NCBI GenBank assembly: GCA_963770895.1
Contig: CAVYRF010000002.1
Coordinates: 512,001-576,000, forward strand
Source of the DNA: an uncultured Acidobacteriota bacterium
GTDB lineage: Bacteria > Acidobacteriota > Thermoanaerobaculia > Multivoradales > UBA5704
Reading direction: 5' to 3'
DNA: 64,000 bases
Shown: positions 9,590 to 19,031 of the stretch, piece after piece
Layout: each line of letters starts with the position of its first letter
How positions within the stretch are numbered: position 1 is the first letter of the stretch
The notes under the pieces: model-generated
Database searches by the model: none
Told to the model about the DNA's origin: nothing
Seen by the model: the letters and a program-made list of their open reading frames with translations, nothing else
Program-made: the position numbers and the translations under genes

Positions 9590-10333
9590 TCAGGCGCCGA
9601 CGGCGAGCCGGTCGGCCAGGGGGTGCGGCAGGCCGGCTTTCAGGATCCTCTTCTGGGCGGTGCCGATCGGGTAGGTCACGCGGTACCAGCGCACCACCCG
9701 GCGGTCGCTGTCGTAGGTCATGTAGGAGGCGCGCGGGTCGCGGTCGCGGGGCTGGCCGATCGAGCCGGGGTTGATCAGGTAGCGGCCGTCGGGATCGAGC
9801 ACGATCCTGCCGCTGCCGCCGCGCAGCGCGGTCACGCCCAGCCGACGGCCCTCCAGCGAGAACAGCGACGGGATGTGGGTGTGGCCGAAGAACGTCACCG
9901 GCATGGTGTAGGCCGAAAAGATCTCGAACGCGTCGATGTCCGAGAACACGTAGGTGTCCTCGTCGAGCGGCGAGCCGTGGCAGATGGCGATGCCGGGACC
10001 GACCGAGAGCGGGCCTTCCGGCAGGTCGCGCACGTATCGCAAGTTGGCGGCGGTCAGCCGCTCCATGGTCCACTGCGCGGCGGCAAGGGCGGTCTGATTG
10101 AAGTTGATGCCGGCCTCCAGGCCCGAGGCGACCTTGTCGTGGTTGCCGCGCACCACCATCAGCCGCGGCGCCAGCTGCCGCACCGCCTCCACCACCTGGT
10201 TGGGCGCCGCGCCGTAGCCCACCAGGTCGCCCAGGACCAGCACGGCGTCGAAGCGCTTGCGCCGCGCCCGCCGCAGGACGACTTCGAAGGCGTCCCAGTT
10301 GGCGTGCATGTCCGACAGGATCAGATAGCGCAT
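9590..10333 (-). CDS. Metallophosphoesterase (calcineurin-like)
   Basis: SDMHAN, LGDLVGYG, RGNHD, HGSP, GHTH and NPGSIGQPRD motifs. Confidence 0.92.
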   Translation of the reverse strand: MRYLILSDMHANWDAFEVVLRRARRKRFDAVLVLGDLVGYGAAPNQVVEAVRQLAPRLMVVRGNHDKVASGLEAGINFNQTALAAAQWTMERLTAANLRYVRDLPEGPLSVGPGIAICHGSPLDEDTYVFSDIDAFEIFSAYTMPVTFFGHTHIPSLFSLEGRRLGVTALRGGSGRIVLDPDGRYLINPGSIGQPRDRDPRASYMTYDSDRRVVRWYRVTYPIGTAQKRILKAGLPHPLADRLAVGA

Positions 10334-10836
10334 CGCCTCTCCCGCAGCAGCAGGGCGAGCCGCGCCGCCACCTCGTCCGGCGCCTCGCCAGGCGCAATGT
10401 CCACCGTCAGGTCGGCGCGGCGATAGACCGGCAGCCGCTGCTGGTAGAGCGCCAGCACCTGTGCTTCGTCGCGAAACAGCGGCCGGTCCCCCTTGCCGAG
10501 CGCGCCGATGCGCTTGACGATGGTGGCAAACGAGGGGTTCAGCCACACCGACAGCCCGGCGCCGCGGATCACCCGCGCTCCCAGCTCGGAGGTCATCGTG
10601 CCGCCACCGGTCGCAATCACCACATCCTCCTGTGCCGCCAGCGCCTCCAACGCGGCCAGCTCCAGCTGGCGGAAGGCCGGCTCGCCCTGCGCCGCGAAGA
10701 TCTCGCGCACGGTGGCGCCGGCCCGGCGCTCCAGCTCGTCGTCGAGATCGGCAAAGCGCAGGCCGATCCGCTCCGCCAGCAGCCGTCCGACCGTGGTCTT
10801 GCCGGCGCCCATGAACCCGGTCAGGAAGATGCGCAT
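10321..10836 (-). CDS. aroK: Shikimate kinase
   Basis: [31 protein letters not shown] and RPL motifs. Confidence 0.93.
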   Translation of the reverse strand: MRIFLTGFMGAGKTTVGRLLAERIGLRFADLDDELERRAGATVREIFAAQGEPAFRQLELAALEALAAQEDVVIATGGGTMTSELGARVIRGAGLSVWLNPSFATIVKRIGALGKGDRPLFRDEAQVLALYQQRLPVYRRADLTVDIAPGEAPDEVAARLALLLRERRCAI

Positions 10837-11521
10837 CGTTCCGCCGCCGCGGCGTGCACGGCTGCCGCCCCGAGCAGCCGCCGGCAGTTGGCGCGCACGT
10901 CGCCGCGGCACACGGCGCTGAGCACCACCGCCGCGTCGGCGCCGGCGGCAAGCACCGCCGCCACGGTGCGCTCGTCCAAGCCGCCGATGGCGACCAGGGG
11001 CTTGGCCGTCCGCGCCCGCGCCTGGCGCACGAAATCGAGGCCCACGGCCGGGTCCGGCGGGCCGGAGCGCTTGCTGGCCGTAGGAAAGATCGGCCCCACT
11101 GCAATCAGATCGACGTCGGGGTCGGCGTCGGCCGCCGCGAGCTGCGCCGCGTCGTGCGTCGACTGGCCGATCCAGCAGGCGCCGCCGACCACCCGGCGGA
11201 CCGCCGCCGGCGGCAGGTCGTCCTGCCCCACGTGCACGCCGGCCACCGGAAAGAGCGCCGCCAGGTCGGCGCGGTCGTCCACCCACAGCCGGGCGCCGCT
11301 GCCCTCGATGGCGCGGCAGCAGCCGGCGACCACTTCATGCCACTGCCGCCCGGTCAACAGCTTGCCGCGGATCTGGATGGTCGGGATGCCGGCTTCCGCC
11401 ATCGCCGCCACCGCACCGGGCAGCGCCGCGGGCGACAGGATCCCGGCGTCGGCGATCGCATAGACCGGACCCGGCGCGGGACCGGTGTTGGCGCGGGGGA
11501 CGGGGGGGGCCGGGCGGACGG

Positions 11522-11525
<4 letters not shown>
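10821..11525 (-). CDS. thiE: Thiamine-phosphate synthase
   Basis: [35 protein letters not shown] and VAIGG motifs. Confidence 0.88.
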
Positions 11526-12892
<1,367 letters not shown>

Positions 12893-12931
12893 TGCGCGGT
12901 CGTGCCGGAAGACTGGCGCGGCGGCCGGCGG

Positions 12932-13489
<558 letters not shown>

Positions 13490-13507
13490 TGTCTCCCCCG
13501 AGCCGCT

Positions 13508-13864
13508 TCATGTCAGTTCCTGTTCGAGCGCCAGCCGGGCCCGCCGCAGCTCGAACCTGGCGCGGCCGTAATTGCCGTCGGGCCCCAGGACCAGCAGCAA
13601 ATAGTAATCGCGGGTCACCGCGCTGACGATCAACGTCATGCGGTTGGTCAGGATCGACAGCTGCTGCACCTCGCCGACGTCCAGGTCGCGGTGATTTTCG
13701 GTGATCGAGCGCGCCTGCGACACCAGCTCGGCGGCAAGCACCTCGATATCCAGATCCGGGTCCGAGCTGACGGATTCCACCGGAATGCCGTCGCGGGCCA
13801 CCAGGGACAGGGCGAGCACGCCGCCGATCTGGTCGCTGATACGGCTCAGCTGCTCAAGGAACAT
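13508..13864 (-). CDS. Roadblock/LC7 domain protein (MglB/MglC-like)
   Basis: 118 aa with LSLVARDGIPVE...YYLLLVLGPDGNYGRARFELRRA, a roadblock pattern. Lies between the pil genes and accB. Confidence 0.82.
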   Translation of the reverse strand: MFLEQLSRISDQIGGVLALSLVARDGIPVESVSSDPDLDIEVLAAELVSQARSITENHRDLDVGEVQQLSILTNRMTLIVSAVTRDYYLLLVLGPDGNYGRARFELRRARLALEQELT

Positions 13865-15179
13865 GAGGGCTCCTCACCTGCCGCAGGCGCGTCAGATAGC
13901 CTTGCAAGAGATACGCCTTGCGGGATGCCGGCGAGGCGTTGGGATCGTCCAGCCCGGCGAGCAGGTGCGCAGCTTCGAGCGGCTGCCGGCGGCGATCGAT
14001 TTCGGCCAGCGCCGCCAGGGCCGCGGCGTTGCCGGGATCGCGATCCACCACCTCGCGGAAGATCCGCTCCGCCTCGCTCAAGTGTCCCTGGCGCAGATAC
14101 AGCTCGCCCAGGGTCGCCGTTTCCAACGGTCCGGGCGCCTGCGCCGCGGCCTGCAGGTGCATCGCCGCGGCCTCGCGCCAAGGCTCCGCCGGCGCCGGCG
14201 CGGCAGCCTGCTCCACCACTGGCTGCGGCTGCGGCGCGGGCTCTGCCAGCCGAGGCGGCGGCGCTGCCAGCTGAGGCGCCGGCTCTGCCGCCTGTGGCTC
14301 GGGCTCTGCCGGCTGCGGCGCGGGCGACGGCAGCTCGAAGGCGAAGATCTGCTCGGCGGCCAGGCTGGTCAGGTAGGCGTGGAAGCTGTGGTCGGGCGCA
14401 AGGTCGGGGAAGGGCTCCTCATCGCTCCCCTGGCCCCTGGGGAAGGGACGGCCCGCGCCGGCGGCGGCCGGCGTTTGCGCCGTTTGCGGCATTGCCGCCG
14501 CTTGCGGCAAGGCCGGCGGCGCCGCGGTCACCGGTGCCGCAGCCGCTGCCGGGGCGGAGGCGGCTGCCGCCGGTTCCGGCAGGGCGGGAGGGGGGCCCAG
14601 GTCGAAGATGCCCTGGTCGAGGTCAAGGGGCCGGTCCGGCTGGGCCGGGCCGAGGTCGAAGACCTCCGCGGGCTGGCCGACCGATCCGTCTGGCGTGCCG
14701 CTTCCATCCATGGGCGACCTCTCTGCCTGCTCTTCCGGGTGCGGTTCATCCGGCACCCGGGCAGAACGGCTCATCGCCACGACCCGCCGGCGCAGCTCGT
14801 CAATCTCCGGGTCGCTGTCGTTCAACAGGCTGTACAGGTCCAGGCGCTGCCGCGCGCGCTCGGGGTCTCCGACGTCGAGACAGGCCCGCACCAGCAGCTT
14901 GTTGGCCACCATCTGCGTGGCATCCTGCTGCACCACCCGCTCCAGCACCGTGCGCGCTCCTTCGGCGTCCCCCAGCTCCAGCAGGCACCGCCCCTTGGCG
15001 ACCAGGGCAGACAGGTAGCCGGGGTGCTCCTTGAGCCCGCGGTCCAGCACTTCGAGCGCTTCCTGCACGCGTCCCAGGTGCCGGTACTCCTCCGCCAGCT
15101 GCAGGAACACCCGCGACGAAGGGTCCCCCTGCCAGCGCGCCCGCAGTTGGGTAAGACGGTCGGGGAATCCGTCGCTCAT
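13854..15179 (-). CDS. TPR protein with Pro/Ala-rich linker
   Basis: N-terminal TPRs (FLQLAEEYRHLGRVQEALEVLDRGLKEHPGY), a low-complexity middle and a C-terminal TPR (TATLGELYLRQGHLSEAERIF). Confidence 0.85.
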   Translation of the reverse strand: MSDGFPDRLTQLRARWQGDPSSRVFLQLAEEYRHLGRVQEALEVLDRGLKEHPGYLSALVAKGRCLLELGDAEGARTVLERVVQQDATQMVANKLLVRACLDVGDPERARQRLDLYSLLNDSDPEIDELRRRVVAMSRSARVPDEPHPEEQAERSPMDGSGTPDGSVGQPAEVFDLGPAQPDRPLDLDQGIFDLGPPPALPEPAAAASAPAAAAAPVTAAPPALPQAAAMPQTAQTPAAAGAGRPFPRGQGSDEEPFPDLAPDHSFHAYLTSLAAEQIFAFELPSPAPQPAEPEPQAAEPAPQLAAPPPRLAEPAPQPQPVVEQAAAPAPAEPWREAAAMHLQAAAQAPGPLETATLGELYLRQGHLSEAERIFREVVDRDPGNAAALAALAEIDRRRQPLEAAHLLAGLDDPNASPASRKAYLLQGYLTRLRQVRSPHVP

Positions 15180-15250
15180 GCGCCGCCATCCGCCAGGCAG
15201 CAGCAGCTCATCAAGTCGGTGGCGTTGGCGGCGGCTGGCAAAGTGGCGGC

Positions 15251-15259
15251 ATTATAGCA
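15251..15259 (-). promoter_or_regulatory. Extended -10 promoter (TGCTATAAT) for the TPR-roadblock-accBC run
   Basis: Perfect TGn-TATAAT on the minus strand, about 70 nt upstream of the TPR ATG, in a genome where AT-rich hexamers are rare. Confidence 0.65.
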
Positions 15260-15381
15260 GCAGGAGCCCGCCCCCAAAGCCCCTTCCACCAATAATGGCC
15301 GGTAGTTACGCACCGGCGCCCGGATCGCCGCGAGCGCGGCCGGACCGGCAACCGGCCCGGCCGCGGCGGAAAGAGCGCCGC

Positions 15382-15411
15382 GTGGCGACCCGGCGGATGC
15401 CGGGTCGCCAC
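15382..15411 (-). terminator. Stem-loop downstream of the last lipoprotein gene
   Basis: Perfect 13-bp stem GTGGCGACCCGGC-GGAT-GCCGGGTCGCCAC, 8 nt after the stop. The U-tract is weak. Confidence 0.55.
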
Positions 15412-15419
15412 CAGTGGGT

Positions 15420-16379
15420 CTACTGCGTGGTGACGGTGATGGTTTCGGAGAAGGTGTTGGAGCCCGCGCCGTTGGTGGCGGTCAGGGACACCGCGAAGGT
15501 TTGCGAGGTGCCGCCGTTGGTCAGGGTGTAGGTATGGACCGGGCTCTCTTCGGTGCTCTGGGTGCCGTCGCCGAAGTTCCACAACCACGAGGTCGGGTTG
15601 TTGGTGCTGGTGTCGGTGAACGACACCGTCAGGCTGCCCGAAACGACGTTGGCGGTGAAGTTGGCCTTGGGCGGCCGGGCGATGGAGACGGCGAAGGTCA
15701 CCGCGGACCCGGTGGCGCCTTGCACGCTGACGTTGAACGAGGTCCCGGTCTGGTTGACCAGGTCTCCCGAGCTTACCTTCAACGTGTCGGTGGCGGTGCC
15801 GGTCGCATCGGTATAGACGAAGCCGCCTCCCGAAGCGAGGGTACCCGCCTGGGTCGAGAAGTTGACCGGGCTGTCGGGCACCGGGTTGCCCTGGGCGTCC
15901 CGCACCAGGGCGATCAGGTGGAGCGTGCCGCCGGTCTGGTTGATCGACGCCGGCACCGCCTGCAGGGTGACCAGGGACGCCTGGGCGCCGATGTTGACCA
16001 TGATCCCGGTAGCCATGACAGCCCCGGAAAAGGCCGAAACCGAGGCGGTGCCGACCCGGCCGTCGCCGGTCAGCCGCGAGGTGGCGTTGCCGCTGTTGTC
16101 GGTGTTGGCAATCGCCGGGGTGAGCGTGCCCAGGGTGGTGCTGAACTGCACCTGCGCTCCCGGCTGCGGCGTGCCGTTGGGCAGGCGCAGGCTGGCGATC
16201 GCGGTGGCGGACCCGGTAGCCGTGGGAATGCTGGTCGGGTTGACGGTGAGCGTCAGCGTCGAACCGCTGGGTGCCGTCGGCGGCGCCTTGCTGCAGCTGA
16301 CGGCCAGGGCAGCCGCGCTGGCGGCGAGCCCGGCCAGGACCAGGAGGAGAGGGGAGTTCTTTAGAGAACGGCCGTTCAT
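15420..16379 (-). CDS. Lipoprotein with two Big-1/invasin-like Ig domains and a C-terminal PKD domain
   Basis: Lipobox LAVSC. Ig repeats (VQFSTTLGTL...TDNSGNATSRL; VNFSTQAGTL...TDATGTATDTL). PKD motif WLWNFGDG...PVHTY. Confidence 0.82.
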   Translation of the reverse strand: MNGRSLKNSPLLLVLAGLAASAAALAVSCSKAPPTAPSGSTLTLTVNPTSIPTATGSATAIASLRLPNGTPQPGAQVQFSTTLGTLTPAIANTDNSGNATSRLTGDGRVGTASVSAFSGAVMATGIMVNIGAQASLVTLQAVPASINQTGGTLHLIALVRDAQGNPVPDSPVNFSTQAGTLASGGGFVYTDATGTATDTLKVSSGDLVNQTGTSFNVSVQGATGSAVTFAVSIARPPKANFTANVVSGSLTVSFTDTSTNNPTSWLWNFGDGTQSTEESPVHTYTLTNGGTSQTFAVSLTATNGAGSNTFSETITVTTQ

Positions 16380-16397
16380 AATGCCCAGTATACGGAC

Positions 16398-16429
16398 CGG
16401 GGCGACCGCCCGTCCAGGCGGCCGCCCCG
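16398..16429 (-). terminator. Intergenic stem-loop between the two Ig/PKD lipoprotein genes
   Basis: 13-bp stem (one G-U pair on the minus strand) with a 6-nt loop and no U-tract. Could act in termination or mRNA stabilisation. Confidence 0.45.
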
Positions 16430-16455
16430 TCGGAGCGAAGGGAGGACCACCCTAG

Positions 16456-18438
16456 CTAGGGAGGCGGCACCGTCACGAACTGGCTGGTCGACGAGCTGCC
16501 CGCCGAGTTGCTGGCCTTGAGAGTCACCACGTAGGTCCCGGCGGAGCTGAAGGTGTGCACCGGATCCTGCAGGTTGCTGGCGTTCATCGAACCCGAGGCC
16601 GGGTCGCCGAAGGTCCAGGTCCAGGCGGTCGGCGAGTTGGAGGACCCGTCGCTGAACAGCACCTCGAGCATGTTATCGGGGGCCACCTGGAAGGTGAAGG
16701 CGGCCACCGGCGCCGTCACCGGCGGCGGCGTCACGACGCAGGCATTGCTCGCGGGCGTGTAGATGAAGGCGTTGTTGATCGTGACCGTGCAGGTCGTGAC
16801 CTGGTCGGTGACCACCACGGGCTCCGGCGTAGGCTCTTCCTGCGTGCCGGCCGAGGTGCCCGACGTGCACGCCTGGGTCAGGTACGTGCCGGTGAACTGC
16901 GGCGTGGTGATCGAGATCTGCGACGTGGTGACGTTGGTGATGATGGCGGGAGCGCCGCCGATCGTCACACTGTCGGAGCTGCTGAAGCTGCCGCCGCTGA
17001 TCTGGACCGGCGTGTGGCCGCTGCCCGGTCCCTGGCCCGGCGACAGGTTGGTGACCACCGGCTTGAATACCTGGAAGAAGAAGGTGGGCCCGGTGGCGCT
17101 GTCGCCGGTGTTGATGTTGGTCACCGAAACCGGCCCGCTGATGGTCGAGCACGAGGAGACCTGCGGCACCGGCGACATCACCTGGATCTCGGTGCCGCTG
17201 ACGTTGAGCACCTGGGCGGCGAACCCGTCGAGGGTGACCGCAACCGGGTCTTCGAAGCCCTGACCGTAGATGGTGACCTGCACCGGCTGGTTGTAGACGG
17301 TCTGGGTCGGGCCCACCGAGGTGATCAGCACCTTCGAGCCGTACTTGTAGGCGGACGGCGAGATGGTGGAGAAGCCGTTGTTGATGTTCTTGACCAGGAT
17401 GCTGACCAGCTGGTTGGTGTTGTTCTGGCCAAATCCCTGCGCCGCCGGAGCGACCACCACGATCTTGGTCGCCGTCACCGAAGTGATCGTCGCTTCGACG
17501 CCGTTGAAGCTGGCGGCGGTCGAGCCCGCGCCGAACAGCACCTGCACCGGCGCCACGAAGCCCTGGCCGTTGATCGTGACCACGGTGCCGCCCTGGTTGG
17601 AGCCCGACGCCGGCGTCACCGAGAAGATGACGGGTTGCGAGACGCCGCCGCCGCCGGGGACGTAGGTGAAGGCGTTGGACAGCGTCGCGCTGGCCGCCGC
17701 CGTGCCGCCGATATTGTTGCTGACGCTGATGCTGACCGGCAGCGTCGTGCCCACCGGCACGGCGGTGGTCGAGGCCGGCGCGATGACCGTGATCGAGTTG
17801 GGATGCACGCCGGTGACCGCCGCGTTGCTGCCGGCGAAGGTGACCGACACCGGAGCGATAAAGCCGCCGCCGGCGATGGTGACCGGGTAGCCGCCCGACG
17901 GATCGCCGGTGTTGGGCGTCACGGAGTTCAGGAAGAACGTGCCGTTGCTGTTGATCTGGACCGACGTGGCCCCGGAGCCGGCGCAGGCCGGCGTGGCGCC
18001 CGCCGACGAGCACGCCCCGGTCGTGCCAGGCACGATGTTGGCGCCGACGGTCGCGGTGCCGGCGCTGGTGCCGGGATAGAGGATCGCCGACGCCTTGCCA
18101 TTCACCAGCTGCAAGGTCAGCGACTGCTGGCCGCTGCCGATGCTGTTGAACTCGCCAAGGGTGGTGGTGAGCACCACCGGCGTCAGGTTGGGCGGCGCCG
18201 AGCCGTCCGAGGTGCTGGTCGCCTGGATCGTGATCGTGCTGCCGGTGGAGCTGCCGATGGTCAGGCTGCCCGGCCGGGCGGTCACGGTGATGTTATAGGT
18301 TGGCGTCGAAGCCGGGACCTTGGGATTGGCCGGCGTCCCGGTGGGCTCGGTCGGCGAATGCGACGAGCAGGCCGCGGCCACCGCCAGCAGGGCTGCCATG
18401 AACCATCGAGAGTGACCGCGGTACGCTTTCATACCCAT
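16456..18438 (-). CDS. Lipoprotein with four IPT/TIG domains and a C-terminal PKD domain
   Basis: Lipobox VAAAC. IPT repeats (SVTPNTGDPSGGYPVTIAGGGF, SVTPASGSNQGGTVVTINGQGF, SVGP...VTIYGQGF, NLSPGQGPGSGHTPVQISGGSF). PKD motif WTWTFGD...PVHTF. Confidence 0.85.
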   Translation of the reverse strand: MGMKAYRGHSRWFMAALLAVAAACSSHSPTEPTGTPANPKVPASTPTYNITVTARPGSLTIGSSTGSTITIQATSTSDGSAPPNLTPVVLTTTLGEFNSIGSGQQSLTLQLVNGKASAILYPGTSAGTATVGANIVPGTTGACSSAGATPACAGSGATSVQINSNGTFFLNSVTPNTGDPSGGYPVTIAGGGFIAPVSVTFAGSNAAVTGVHPNSITVIAPASTTAVPVGTTLPVSISVSNNIGGTAAASATLSNAFTYVPGGGGVSQPVIFSVTPASGSNQGGTVVTINGQGFVAPVQVLFGAGSTAASFNGVEATITSVTATKIVVVAPAAQGFGQNNTNQLVSILVKNINNGFSTISPSAYKYGSKVLITSVGPTQTVYNQPVQVTIYGQGFEDPVAVTLDGFAAQVLNVSGTEIQVMSPVPQVSSCSTISGPVSVTNINTGDSATGPTFFFQVFKPVVTNLSPGQGPGSGHTPVQISGGSFSSSDSVTIGGAPAIITNVTTSQISITTPQFTGTYLTQACTSGTSAGTQEEPTPEPVVVTDQVTTCTVTINNAFIYTPASNACVVTPPPVTAPVAAFTFQVAPDNMLEVLFSDGSSNSPTAWTWTFGDPASGSMNASNLQDPVHTFSSAGTYVVTLKASNSAGSSSTSQFVTVPPP

Positions 18439-18452
18439 GCTCCTGGCACGCC

Positions 18453-19013
18453 TTACGGCGTGAACTCAATCGTAAAGTCGGCGGGCGACGAGCTGATCGA
18501 GTCGCCCGACAGTGTCTGCCCGTAGAACGTCACCATGGCCTCGAGAACGATGACCGCCGTACCTGTCTCGGTATCGTAGCCGTATTGGAAGAGATCGTAG
18601 AGCGGCGGGTTGAGCAGCTGGTTGGTGCGCACGATCGGCAGGTTGGTGATCGCGGCGGTGGAGTTGACCGGCACCTCGACCTCCAATCCGGCGACCAGCG
18701 TGGGAGGCAGCCGCGTGCCGCTGTCCTGGCGCTTGTAGACAACCTGGTACTGGTTGACCTCGATGTTCTGCAGGTTGCTGGTGGTGCCGGTGGGGTCCTT
18801 GGGAAAGTTCTGCAAGGTGAAGTTCTGGATCACCACGCTGTCGGTACCACCCGGTCCGACGGTCGATCTCATCGATACGACCGCGGGGATGCCGGTGATC
18901 GTGCCGTAGGTCAGGACGACCGTTCCGGCGCTGCGGTCGGTGCGCGAACGGCAGCTGCCGGCGAAAAGGAAAACGGCGAGCGAGCAGAACAGTAAAAGGA
19001 TCGTGCGTTTCAT
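18453..19013 (-). CDS. Uncharacterised beta-rich lipoprotein immediately downstream of pilQ
   Basis: MKRTILLLFCSLAVFLFAGSC lipoprotein signal, Thr/Val-rich, 18 nt after the pilQ stop. Confidence 0.75.
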   Translation of the reverse strand: MKRTILLLFCSLAVFLFAGSCRSRTDRSAGTVVLTYGTITGIPAVVSMRSTVGPGGTDSVVIQNFTLQNFPKDPTGTTSNLQNIEVNQYQVVYKRQDSGTRLPPTLVAGLEVEVPVNSTAAITNLPIVRTNQLLNPPLYDLFQYGYDTETGTAVIVLEAMVTFYGQTLSGDSISSSPADFTIEFTP

Positions 19014-19031
19014 CTTGGGCTCCACGCCTGG